Assembly (NCBI GenBank): GCA_002633005.1
Contig: NMRA01000080.1
Span: 401,291-465,290 of the forward strand
Origin: Phoronis australis
Taxonomy: Eukaryota > Animalia > Phoronida
Length of the DNA stretch: 64,000 bases
Direction: 5' to 3'
Both the position numbers and the translations under genes were made by a program. The notes beneath the pieces were generated by a model. The model had not been told where the DNA came from and ran no database searches. It saw only the letters and a program-made list of their open reading frames with translations. Below, one piece after another: positions 50,201 through 63,341 of the stretch (within the stretch, counting starts at the first letter, position 1; the number at the start of each line of letters is the position of its first letter).

Positions 50201-51681
50201 TAGTTTAACTCGAACATAGAAAATTATGTACACTAGTCCTACTTTTTTCAATTCATTTTGGAGAAAAACAAGGGAGTGATGTAACCGACATTCATTATCA
50301 ATTTAATGCTTGCAATATTTTGTTGTGTTCAGAAACACAATATTAATATTAAAGAGAAAGTTCAGTGATCGCCTGGAAATATTTTCCAACGACATCAATG
50401 TCAAAGCCTTTTACGACTTTGTTTTCACGCTTTTTGCATTGTCTATTCTACAAATTTTGTTTCAGCTGGCAAATAATGTATCAAGAGGGAGAGTTGTTCT
50501 GGTGCATGGTTGACGAGCTTCAGTAATCTAATCAAATGGGGATTACTTAAGTGGCGAATGAATATTAATCCTTGATAAAGGCCATACAAAGGTCACCAAA
50601 TCCAAAAGTGTGAACTCTTACATATGTCATAACTAAAGTTGTCCATGTTTCTTGCCAGAAAAGCGACATCACGCACGCAAGTGCGCGTTTCGCGAGTATA
50701 TTCTCGGGACCTCTCTGGTGTAACCTAGCAAAATGGCTGCCACTGAAGTGATAGGTCGGTGAGGTCGGAATCTTGATTTACGCGGTAGCATTCATAATTT
50801 ATTGAACAGAATTTGCTCTTTCCGTTCCATATGCGAAGATTTTTCGCCACAAGTGCATGTGTACGGTGAAATTGATCCAGGTGGAAATTAAGCGAGAAAA
50901 ACGCGCGTTCTGGTCACGACTGCTTTATTTCACTTCTCAACCAGAACTGCCGAAACGCAACCCGCCACAGAGAGGTAATTTGCCTAACAATATACTTGTA
51001 TACAAAACCTACGTGACCTCTATATTAACCTATAAACGGCGAGAGTTACAACTACCGGGGAGGGGGGGCTAACCCCCTGTCACATACTTCCCCCAAAACA
51101 AAAGATGTCCTGACATTTGTCCTACGCATTAACAACCGAAAGTGCTCAGTTTTACTTCTGTCACATAGAAACCGTCATTGAGTCGCAACAATCTTGCGCT
51201 AACCAATTAAACATCGCCACGTCCAAAAGTAGTCCAATCATACAAACTTTGATTAAAAATAGAACTTTGCGCACTTCTATGACTTCAAAAACGGAAGGCC
51301 GAAAGTAGTCAAACGACAAGTACAACAATGATTAGGAAATAGTCAACACACACTAACAGAATAATGCAAGATAGAGAAAAATTTTCAGAAAACTTTATCA
51401 ATGTCAGAAAAGTGACTGTGTCTTTGAAGTTATTCAACTGCTCAATAAGTGCGATGAAATGTCGGTGTCCAAATCTTTCCTTTGCCGTCCACTGTCCACT
51501 GAACTTGGCTGCCTAGCACCCGAGGGTTATTGACTTGACTCTCCGCACGGCCTCATTCGTCACTCACTCACAAACCACTGATATTCATAAGTGCTGGTTT
51601 TCTTGCAGTTATTGAAAACGGCTATTGTCAAATACGTTTGACGAAATGTGGAATGTGCGACCTTCCCAATTATAGTTTTAA

Positions 51682-53521
51682 ATGAGAATGACACCCAAAA
51701 AAATATTTTGTATCAATTTAGATCATGTAGTTCCATTCGATAACAGAAAGTTCAGTTGTTATACCTGACAGCAAACGGCAGACGGAGGTGTTGAAATTAA
51801 CCAATGACGTAAGAGGTTCGAATGCAGTCTGTTCAGCAGTTCGCAACACGCTTACTGCTGTCAACTTCTCGCTTGAATTCATCGTTTTACACCAATAAAT
51901 CATCAAAATTCGATGTAAACCCTTTACAAATACATCGAGTTCTTGAACAAACGTGATGTTTTATTTCACTGTTACGGATTTGTAGGTATTTGAACGTACC
52001 GTAGCCTACAGAGTTCGGTAGACCAATTTACCATGGTCGATCGCGGGAGTTTGAGTCTGTTGGGTGATAGATTCGAATCATTCTTCCATGAAATACAGAC
52101 GGGGGAACAGAACTGTGTGTTGTACTTTTAGACTTGCGATTTTTTTTCAGTTCTAAACACACAAAACGCTTGTTACTCCCCGCCAGTGGCTCGGAACCCG
52201 ATCACTGAGCCCCGGCGTCGCGGCCGCCGGGACTGGACATCACGAACATAATCTAACCAGCTTAAGTTGGAAACTAAACCTCCAGTCACGAAAATACTAT
52301 AATAGTGAGCCAAAGGAATGTTGTGCACGTAATTATTTAGTTGAATTAGCCACGAAACTGAAAATCTTCTTACTAGTCGGGGGCCGCGAAATCAGATTCC
52401 CCTTCCAAACTTCCAAAGAACCGTCAGGGCAAAGGTTAAGTACAGTAACAATGTTTTGAATAATGTATTTGTATATCTAAATAAGGATTCCTCTAACATG
52501 TGACTATAGCATATAAAATCGAGTTATTGTTTCACAAGAGCTTTCTGTCAGCAAACTCTGAATTAGCATGCGCTCACACGGCCTCGGTGCCCGGTCAGTT
52601 ACCTTTATTGCATCTAAAGCCGGTAACGCAGTGGTTTATTCATTGCTGGCTTCTCAAAACATTTGCACTCAAGAATACTCCAAAGGCATTACTAATTGTA
52701 ACTAATGAGACAGACTTTGTTTCAGTTTTATATAAGCATTGGTTAGGGTGAGAATAATTCATCTTGAAACAGAACGTAGAATAATAAAATTCTACATGGC
52801 AAATCGCCCGGCGCCAATCCCGCCTCCCGTTTAGTAACACTAGGACCTCGCTAAAAAGCAAGACTTCGCGAGATTACGTGAGATATTGCAGTGCATTTTA
52901 AATGAGAACACGTGACTTTGACTAGGTTTTAGCTAGGTCGTAGCGTAGGTCCTAGCGTCTACTGAACGCACGCCCGATTTAGTCGAGAGCTCATCCGATG
53001 AAGACTTCACGGGTTGTATCGTTAGGTTTCACAGGCTATCAGTTCGAACCGAAATACACTGATCAGGAAATACTAGAGAGGTGCCGTGAACATGCTCAGT
53101 CAACGGAGTGTATGGATGGTTCTTTGGTAAGCCGGAATTCGTCAAAGAAATCACTGTCGACGAAATGCCTGCCACAGACACGGAGAAGTTTCACGGCCTC
53201 ATACCTGTTATTAACAGCGTACTTTTCATTGTTCACTACCGCAAGCCACTTCCTAAGCATTTCGGGCTCTCGAGGAAGTCGAAAAAACGATAGACCCGCT
53301 TTCTTCGCAGCTTCATGGTTCGGACAAGCGGGAACGATACACCGCAATAAGCGGCATTCGCTCTGCAGATGAACCACTGACGTCACTGGGTCGTTTCTCG
53401 CTTTCCTCACAAGTTAACGCTACATCTCTCGGCAAGGTGAGGTCGACCGTATAAGAAGCAATGTGGATATAGACCGATTAAGACGGTAAAAAAGATTAAT
53501 TAAATCGGGTGGCATTCTCCT
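51682..53521. mobile_element. Kolobok deletion derivative with both ends and TTAA TSDs
   Basis: TTAA|ATGAGAATGACACCC at 51678 and GGGTGGCATTCTCCT|TTAA ending at 53525. Contains a THAP remnant. Confidence 0.8.
53096..53410 (-). pseudogene. THAP zinc-finger domain (N-terminus of the Kolobok transposase), truncated after the domain
   Basis: CIVPAC...LSFFRLP...W...RVCGRHF...RL..PSI: the C2CH ligands and P/W/F/P signature are present. The ORF track start is a non-ATG codon. Confidence 0.8.
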
Positions 53522-56500
53522 TTAAACATACCTGGATTGTAAAATGGTCATCCTCTATTCTGTTCACGCTTCCTGCAAAAGCATTAGCAGTCCAAAATAA
53601 AAGGAATTTGTCGATAAAAAGACCACCTGCAAAATGGCGACTTTCACATTTGTTTCCGGTTCCGTCTGATTAATATGTCGAAGGTCGGGCAAGTGGCGTT
53701 CAAGTACAAACTAGGTGATCTCTGCCACGGGATGGCGTCGAGAGCACGGCGTGTGTGAGAAAAATGTTGACAATTTTGCATTATACCACTGGCGGATTTA
53801 GAAGGGGGCCATGTGCTCCCCCTAAAATTCTCATTTGGTGGTTCGGTAGTGCGAATGTCTGACGCTCCTCAACCAGAACTGCTAACACGCAGTCGGAACC
53901 CACGTGAAACACAGTGGTAGTTTACTTAACAATATACCAGTATGCAAAGCTCATGTGACCCCAATATTTACATATAAAAGAGGAGACAACAACCAAGGCT
54001 GGGGTAAACCACCACCGCTCATGGATTGGGACTAAGGATCGCTGGGCTGTAAAACGATCTCTAGCCTACTTGCTGTATGAAAAGAACGGTCAAGCCCAAT
54101 TTGGTTAGTATTACAGGGGGGGGGGGTTGGATTCAGACTGTTGCAAGCCAAATGACTTGTATCTTTCAATCCAATTATCTTTACTTTAGGCTGAATATCT
54201 AAACGAACCGGCACTAGTAATGTTGATTCTCAGGACAAAAATGCATCTGTGTTTAAATTTAATCATACACTAAATGACTTGGTTGTCGAATTCTGTGTTC
54301 AAATTTCATTGTTTTACAGCTGCTTAAGTTAAGACTAAACAAACCATAGCGCATATAACTAGCTTTTGTGTTTATTGCTTTATTATGTGCAATAACGCTT
54401 TATCTCATCACTCAGTGGTCGTAATAGGCTACGTCGATCTCATTCGAACTACTGAATAGATATGGACTATGTTCTTTACTGACCACTGTCATCTTAATCT
54501 AAGTTCTCTTTATATAAATTGAGTATGTCATTGAGCCCTACCATGAGGTGAAAAAAGGACAATTTCGTAATTGATAAAATAAGAACGAAGTCGTTCATTA
54601 TGGGAAAAGAAAGTAACTGCTCCATTCAGACTACAGTATAACCATTGAAAACAAGAAGAGTTACCTTCCATGATTTCATAACTCCAATTCTTTCAGTCTC
54701 GTAAATGTAACTTATTGGGTGGTTAAAGTGGTCCCAATACCCGTTGGGCGGCACTGACAACTGGCAACTGAAACCTGTGTTCAACCGGCTACTGAGTAAC
54801 CGGTGAAAACTTTAATAAATTTTGATATACGCAATGTTATAAAAACAACTTTGTACAATTTTCAGTTTTTTGATGTTGAAAGTATAAGAAATAATCTAAT
54901 TATTTCATTTTGAATTGCTCATTCAGTTGTCCTTTACACTTGGAAATTGTTTTGAAATAGTTTTGAAATCCTTTTTTTTTGTCTGAAAGTCAACTGTTCT
55001 TCATGGTTTGATCATGTTTTACAATGGGATACACATTCTTCTAAATTTTCTGAGTTATGGTGATTTCGACCTCCGCCACATTCGGCATTTGCTCAAAATG
55101 GGTATTAAATCCAAACATAAGGTTTTGTGATAAAATATAACTTTCAATTCATAAACTACTTACAAAACTGTTTATCCCACCTTGACTTTATGCGTCAACC
55201 AGCCCCGACTGTAGGACTTGTATTTTATTTAATTTGAAGAAAAATGAAACAAAAAGGAAATCATTTGCCTAATGTTCGTTCACTAACTCGTGGCAATGTT
55301 TTTTATTGTTCCACTTACGGTAATGAACAATCAGAAGTGATACGGTCATCGACTACGGGATCTGCCGCTGTATTCCAGTCTTCACCCGAACCGTCGAAGC
55401 GGCCGGCGAATTTGCGGGACTGGTTCGAACCTATTGGCCAAGGGTCCGTTTGCGTTCTCAAGAACCCGCTCTTGAGGTGCTTCGTTGTCAATAGCTTCTG
55501 TGTCCGATGGTTCGTCACACTCGATTAATTCTTTCTCAGTCGCTGGAAGACTCATCGGTATAACTTTCGTCGTCCAGGTTGGTTCCTAGCCTTGTGTGGC
55601 TGAGTATAACGTCACTGCCTCACTGATTTGTCATCATCATTAGTTACATAACCGCACAAGCCTGTATTCAGAATTTACTCGATCAGCTAAACTCGGATAA
55701 CATTAACAGCTGGGCTTCCCTAATTAACCGGACTGCGCGGACAATAACTGCCTCGTGCAATGGGCTGTCATAGTATTATTTGATTCTTTGAGTTGAAAAG
55801 GAGTTGTTTGGTGTCAAACTTTGTCCTTACCTTATCTCTCTGTATTTATCATATGCAGTCACCTTGAATGATGATCTAGATACACCGTATTTAGCTCATT
55901 GCCTGAACAAAATCGCCAGCTAGGGCTGGAGTCTTATCTGGTACTCGAAGTCGATCCTATTTTTGACATTTTCCGCTCTACTTTTGTGAGAACTCAAGGT
56001 AAGTGTTAATTACTCTGTGCTCAACTACATTATGCTTTATGCATACGAGTTTCTAATTAGTCCAAGTTGGAAATCTGATGATCCCAAGATTCGAGGTACA
56101 AGCTCGAGTAAAAACTTCAGATTTCGAGCGAAAACTCAAAATTTAGAGTTCGGTCTCGAATGTTTATCCTTGTGTTCACCAATTACAACTTATTTGTTTT
56201 AAATTGACACTTACCTTGAGATAGTACAAAAGAGGAATAGAAAATGTCAAAAATGATTTCTAGCTCAATTTACAGTAGGAAGGTTAAACCCGCCAAGGTC
56301 CCAGGTGTTTTAGGACACGTGATTTCCATCCAATGCCAGGATTAGTAATACTAAGCTGAACTCGCCACACCGATATAAGAAAAATATTAATTGTGGTGTC
56401 CTTTTTCGTTTTATAAGATCGTTTAACAGGTCATATCGCGTTATTATCACAGCAAACTGCCAAAATGACGTGGAGACTGAAAGTAACCTTTCGTAACAAG

Positions 56501-57149
56501 GAACTTAATGAGCTTGAGAATGATGCAGTGACGACCCGTCAGTTTTTCTCAAGCTCGAAATCCAAGGAACATGATGAGACCTATTTTACAACAGCAAGAT
56601 GGAGGCCTAAATCAATAGTTGTTTTCTTATGGAAGGCCAAGATTTATTGCCCCATCAAATAACAGTGCAATATTTATACCATCTGAAACCATTCATTAAT
56701 GATGGTGGTTTTCTCATATTCATTTTCAACGTGTTGCAAAGTTCATGTATGCGAAACGGCAGGGAAATATAGCTTTTCCGTCTCAGTCATTCCCACGGTG
56801 GTGTAGGCAGCGTTTATGATAAAGTTACATACAGCCCCTAAATGGCTCATATGTTAAGCTGATTCAAGTTCCAACGTTTACTTCGAAGTGGTGATGTTTT
56901 TTTTTTCTGTGGAAATTCTCTGTATTTGGATTTTTAAAAGTACCTTATGAATGGTAAAGTTTACAGTCGAACTTTCAAAATACTACATTAGTTGATGAAT
57001 ATTATGGTAAAGCGAGCATCTAAAGGATGCATAGGGACCGTAACTACGGTGCAAGCGTTTGCCAAATTGCTGTACGTATATCGACCATATCAAAGTGGTC
57101 ATACACTCTCCATGAGTGAAAGGAGGCATAGTGTAAGCCTTGAGTGATT

Positions 57150-58400
57150 TATCCACGTGTGCACTTCTTGGTTTCTAATTGTCGAGATCTAGAAGTTGTT
57201 CCGAGGAAAGAATAACCCGCATTTCGTTTTAGTAGGGTAGGGTGAGAAATGATGCCTTGCGTGTGCGACAAATCTGTTAATTGTACGCGGAAGGATTGTG
57301 CCGACACATTGACAGATGTCGAGCTTGTAGGCAACGTTGGACTGTTCGCGAAAGACTGTGTGGAAGATTGAGAAGTGTAATACTTGAGAGTTTTAAGGTC
57401 TCGTGGCTCCAGTGATCTTTAAAAATGTGTAATCGCCCCATTGTCGCCACAAGGATTTGATAAGACGTAAGTCGCGAGTGCGAGAAAATCTAGGTCTTGA
57501 GATTTTTAAGAGTTTGAAGACTTATAGATGGAAAGGTCGTAGTTCCATAGTTTTGGATGAAGTACGTCGCCAGGAATAGGAGAAGCATTTCTTTCAATTA
57601 GTTGGGTTTGTTTTTTTACGCTCAGTGCACGATGTCTTCGCACGTATCATGAATTTTAGGCAATGATAGAAGATTTTATTTGCAACAGTTGTAGTAGGAA
57701 ACGTTGCACTTTGCGTCCCGTGACCAGCTAATACCTTTAGAAGAGTGTGAAGTACGGATGGAGGCACGAGAACATTCAAAAGACAATGAGATCACAACTT
57801 GGACCTAGACAGAAGGAAGGCAGTTCTCAACTCTGACAGCCATTTCTTGTGCCCATGAAAAGGAAAGACTCGGGGATCAGTGCTGATTACAAAAGATTTT
57901 TATTATCGTGTGGATTACAGTCCGGGGAATTCCGTATGGCGGAATCCAACGAGCGAAAAAAGCTGAGATACATTACAGAGGTGCCATGATTTTTTGTGTG
58001 CAGACCGGAAGTGTTTTGTATGCCTGTCGTGGTAGTGTGTGGAGTTTCCATCGGAAGCAGGGTGAGGAGGGTGGTGAACTTCCGTTGCCTCAGGACAACA
58101 CCAAAAAACATATTGATGCAGTTAACGTTTCGATCAGCTGAAGATGCAAGGTCATGATTAAGGCTGAACTCCACGTGATGACCTAATTTACTTCGAGGAC
58201 CCGGTATCCGAGATAATTTTATACTGAGGGTCAAAATTGTTGATGTGGATGATTTCTAACTGACGACAGCACTTGGAGAAGAAGCGAATAACATCTATAT
58301 TTCGGTAATCTATATTACACCTGCACGGGCAATTTTGACATTATTTAAACAACATATCGCTTCCGATGGTTTCGATTTGTTCTAAGCTCATACAAGAAGT
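57150..58400 (-). mobile_element. Very decayed Penelope-like RT region
   Basis: Faint motifs in the expected order (TTLLTL..PH...GI, DNK.LL, FLFMG, K.NPTN, VFREQSNVAY), with many stops and shifts. Confidence 0.35.
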
Positions 58401-58562
58401 ATTTTTGGATTTCGAAGGAACAGACACATCTAAACTAAATAGGTTGGAAGTCACGAGCGACCACGAAATGTGCCGATTACAAATTGGTTGCTAGTCCAGA
58501 TGGGTTAGTTACGTCATTAACCACACGGGTTACTGGTTTCATATGCATTTGGCTCTCTCAAG

Positions 58563-58639
58563 CTCGCTGGTTCCCTGTGTGCCGCTAGGTGGTCGGTAGC
58601 CAGCACGCGTGCTGACTAGGCACGTAGCGAACCAGCGAG
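58563..58639. repeat. ~80-bp mini inverted-repeat element; a second copy in reverse at about 12085-12150
   Basis: CTCGCTGGTTC...GAACCAGCGAG. Internal GCCGCTAGGTGG is the reverse complement of CCACCTAGCGAC at 12120. Confidence 0.65.
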
Positions 58640-59792
58640 TCTCAAGTTGTCCATGGAATGTGATTTAGAACTGGTTACCAATCCATCTCAGTGCATAATG
58701 CGACGAATATACTAATGGGGGTGGATGATTATAATAGATTCTTTATGCCTTATTTGACCGGGGAGGTCCTCGAGCAGTTTCTCTAAACAGTCACACATGT
58801 CACTCTCCGCTAATTTAAACAACTGATTCTTTTTAATTTGTCAACCTTTGCTTCCGTTGCTATGATTAGAAATTGTATTTTGGTGTGGTTGAGACATCTT
58901 CCTATTTTCAGCATCATTTTTCTGTAATATCCACCTGCTAGGGAATATTCATGGGAAGTACAGGCCAGCACCGACTGCTCAATTAATTCTGCTGGTACTT
59001 TGGTCGTCTGCTTTTTGATATCCTTACATAATGGTGACTGAAATTCTTTTCTCGACTCTTTTACTTGAGGGAAATCGCCGAAGTATATGTGATTCAATGC
59101 GTAATGTTTTCGATTAATCAGCGTAAATAAAGAATGTTTTACATTCTGTGGCGTTCCTAAGGGAACAGTTTATTTCTGATAAAATTTGTTCTGCGCTAAG
59201 GGAATCATATGGAACATAAAATTTTGAAGAAGGCCTGATAAAATAGGTCAATTAATGGCATTTTAACCAAGGACAACCGTAAAACAAATCAGTAATTGAC
59301 CTGGTCATTTGTACTTAGACAGCTAATGTTGACACTGTTTACCCCCAGGAAACACCATTAACACTTATCACCATGTCAGCACTAAGTAAAACGAAAAATT
59401 CTTGTCCAACATTTTCAACCCGGACCACCACCGAGTAGACGTGTTGTACGGGGATTCCAAGCATTACGACCTTCTATTACCAATAAGAACGCCGCTATAG
59501 ACCATATTTAGATTAAAAGAACCCAAATATTGTACTTTTTACGTTAAAAAAGCATTAAAACCATTTCTAAATACAAATTCCTTTTATCTTCAGCTTTTTA
59601 TCTAGGCGTATTTTTCAACTGATCGTAAAGTCTGTCACATTCTTTTATCAGCGACTGGCAAATTTCCACGATTGTTCCCTGTCGTTGAACAGCATTGCAA
59701 GTGCCCCAACTGCATCGAAAAATCATCTCTATGTATTTGAAACTGATCCCGTTTCAGGTCATGACAGATTTGTACAAGAACCGTTGAAGTTA

Positions 59793-60734
59793 CAGTGGCG
59801 GATCTAGGATATCACAAGGGGGGCAACATTTTGTCTGTAAACATTTGCTTAAAGCACGATTGTAGATGCGCACAGCACCGAATGGGGGAAGGTCGGGAGG
59901 GGGGGGTTCTGTTTTTCTTCTAAAAATCAAGCATTTTCCTTGATTCCCGAAGTATTATCCAAGAAAAAAAGGTAAAAAAAAAAACACGGAGAAAGTATCA
60001 CACAGGAAAAAGTGCAAGAACCACAGTCTCGAACTCACGATCTGGTGGATAGCGCGCGCGTGCTATACCACTGCACCACCACGATTTAACTCCTAATTCG
60101 ATATTAAGAGATCTACTTGTTTATAGTCCACAGCGCTTGCACGCGAAACCTCCTTCGTTTTGTAATGCTCATTACATGCTTTATATTTTGTAATATCAGT
60201 TTGTAACAGATTTGTTGTATTTAAATAGTCTTCAATTGCCCAAAAGACCAAATCCGTTTTTTGTGTTGGCAATAATGACGCGATTGCTTTGGAAATCGGT
60301 TTGACAAAGAAAGAATTATGAGTTTCTGAGTGATTCACTAAGACTTCGATTAAAATTGACATCTTACCAGCAGCTTCTGTTTTTTCTTCATCACTCAGAT
60401 TCCATTTTTCTTTAAAAAATGAAGTAATTTTTTTCATTGCACAGTGGAGCAGACAACGGAAACGGAGTCGTAGTTCCCAGCGCCACTGCCGGTCGCCTGG
60501 GATATAGCGGGAGAGCCTATACTTAGCCATAGTTCCCGACGATTGCGCCGTGTTCCGAATTTGACACTTGAAATTGGATCTGAGCCCCCCCCCTCCCCAA
60601 ACACTTAAACTGCGCACATTTAAACCTTGTTTCAGCCGTATAATTTTAATTACAGGGGTTAATTAATAAACTCAACATGTCCCGACTGTGCTGTTGTTGT
60701 TTTATTTTTTTGCGGCAGCCTTTATCCGCTTATG
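59793..60734 (+). mobile_element. Full-length family-B hAT-like MITE (942 bp) with a 5-bp TSD (AGTTA)
   Basis: Ends CAGTGGCGGATCTAGG and ATCCGCTTATG. AGTTA at 59788-59792 and at 60735-60739. Confidence 0.85.
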
Positions 60735-60769
60735 AGTTATGAAGACTGTTAATCAGGAACGTTGACAAA

Positions 60770-61376
60770 CAGGAATACCATATAATCATACGCACAAGCA
60801 TCGCATCTTACGCATGAACCACCTACGAATCTATGAATCATGCACACGTAACAATAAATCATACATACGAACCAAAATCACGCATACGAAAAAAATAATG
60901 CGCACGAACCATAAAAATCGTACACATACAAACACAAAATCATACATACGACATAGGCGGATGCTGGGGATCCGGACCCCCTTTTTCCCATGATTTTAGT
61001 GATATCATTTCTAGAAATTTCAAATTGTTGACTTGGACCCACCTTTAAAAAAAATCCTTAATCCGACCCCCCTCCTTTTAAAAATCCTTGACCGCCATTT
61101 TACGAGCATCAAATCACACGAACGAACACTTTATAATTTCGTGGTTTGTGCGTATGATTCGGATGCTCGTGCGTATGGTATGTGTTCGTATATGTGTGAT
61201 ATATTTTTGAGGTTTGTGCGCATGATTTTTGTTCGTATGCGTGATTTTGTGGGTTCGTATGCATGATTTATGGGTTCGTATACATGATTCGTGGGTTCGT
61301 ATGCATGACTTATAGGTTCGTAGGTGGTTCGTGCGTAAGATGCGATGCTCGTACGTATGATTCTATGGTACCCGTG
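60770..61376. mobile_element. Foldback element whose arms are built from ~21-bp tandem units
   Basis: TACCATATAATCATACG... mirrored by ...CGTATGATTCTATGGTA. Units resemble AAATCATGCATACGAACCCAT. Confidence 0.8.
60952..61100. mobile_element. 150-bp MITE with a 5-bp TSD (TACGA), inserted in the foldback element
   Basis: CATAGGCGGAT...ACCGCCATTT. TACGA at 60947-60951 and at 61101-61105. Confidence 0.75.
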
Positions 61377-63341
61377 ATAAAGGTTCTTTTTTGTGAAGCA
61401 GTTCAATTACCGCAGTAATGACGAGTTCATGGCAATACACTGGTTAAAATAAATTGATATATCGTGGACTAACACTGCTGATTTGTCGACTTATATGGTT
61501 CTGAAATTGTGAAACGTTAGGTCATGATGCTTTCGTTTGGCAACCAGCGTTAGTGGAACAAAGATGGATGACTATTGTTGTATACCGCACCCTCGGTGAT
61601 TGAAATCGTTAACTTGATTGACATGTTGGAACCGTCCGTTAGCCATTGTCTCATCACAGAAGTTATCATTGACTTATTCCGTCATTTAACCGTCCTGTGT
61701 CTGTTGTTTACCAGAATGTCACTCGCTGATCAATGAATAGATTAGCCTACTCGCTTTTGAATAAACTTGGTCTCAGTGTTTTATCCGTTTTCTGAATATG
61801 TAGATCATTTGGGCATCCTGGTCTTCGGTAAAATTCTTCGCGTTAATCACGGTATTAATGGACGCAGATTTCTTATAAAAATAGCTTAAGAATCATTGCG
61901 TGAAAACGGTGCGACCAATTGGACTAATTTCCGTCCGAGAGTGGTCTAAGGCAACGGTTCTGGCCTTTGTAGGTCCCCCCAAAATGAAGAAAATGAAGTA
62001 GATCAGGTTTGACTGCAAGAGGGAAGTGATTGCGATAGGAGTGGTATTCAGTACCGGTAGTTCCTTGAAGTTCTTTTGAGTTAACGGAGTCCAGAAATTT
62101 AGTCTCTGCTCTTATCTACCCGGATACGGAAATCCCGCCATTTCTAGAGCACATCCTTGTTGTTCAGTGCTGAATTTTGGCGCAAATCCAGGCACTCTCT
62201 AGACAAGTGGAAATTGTCAAAAATCTGGTTGGCAATGACTCATTTTAATCTAAATTACTGGAATCTAGAGTGTAAGACGGTTCAGATTGTTGTCTCCTCT
62301 CTTGTACCAGAGCTGCCTTGAATTTGTGGTCTCTAGGTACAAAATGGTCAAAATCGCAATTCTTTGGTCATTGTTTGGCATCTCAATATTTTTCTACCGG
62401 TGGACGATGCAAGGCAAAAAGACATGGTTCTGTTGAATTTCTTCATCTTTCAGAAACCTCATTGAGTGTGCTTTCTATCATTTATACCTATTTTGAGGAA
62501 GTGTCTTGAAACAGTTTGCAAACAAGGGCTTTCATTGACCCAGACCAGTGATAACGTTAAAATCGGCCAGTCGCCCAGCCATAACTAGCAGGCAACCTGA
62601 ATCTGAATTGTTCGCAGCGCCACCAAGCGAATTAGTTTCTGATAGACAGACGGAAGAACTGGGCAGAAAACAACAATGACCAGAATGTTTTTCCTTATTT
62701 AACAGTATATAAATTTCAGTACTTATTGTCGCCATTTTATATTTTCGTGAACATTCACTTTCTCATTGTCTGTGGAATGCATCGTTGAATTATTTGTTTT
62801 GAAAAAGAAATGACGGTTTTGAAAACACCATCATGTTTGAGCAATATTTTAGCTTCAATCTGTTTATTATCGTGACAGCCAGTCAGTGTGTCTAAAACAA
62901 TACGCCAAAGATAACGGAACGACTTCGGCGACCAATGCGAGGGTTTGTATTCAATCGGTTTGTCCTGAATGTAGTTGTGATCTCGGAGATTCCCGGATCA
63001 CAACTGGTATCCGACTGCGTGTTGTTTAAGATCAATCGTGTCATGTCCAGAAACCTTTGCTATAACAAGAAGCACCAAAGCATATTCTAAACCATACTTT
63101 TCGCTGCAGAGCTGAAATATCGTAGCTGTGTTTTGCACGGCCGACAAACAGGCGAACATGAAATCTGAGCGCGGAGTCTAATCCCGACTGAAAAACTGAC
63201 CCAATGCATGGCACGCCTCGAAAGATTTTAAATCATGCTGCGTGATTCATTCAAAAATATATGTTATTTCAAGTAACAGGGCCATATAAAATAACGCAAA
63301 TAACCTAGAAGGCAGACCATTACATCTGGGCGATTCTTTAA

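Noticed and set aside
60093-60617. 174-aa ORF inside the family-B MITE
   Set aside because: No recognisable domain. The copies at 28453-28770 and 38640-38850 have stops or shifts in the equivalent frame.
61930-61980. tRNA-Leu/Ser-like GTCCGAGAGTGGTCTAAGGC
   Set aside because: Only a D-arm-like string, with no T-arm/B box or acceptor stem.
62300-62740. Possible minus-strand THAP or gene start (MATISTE..., LHRPP, CDFDHF)
   Set aside because: The motifs are too weak and are interrupted by many stops.
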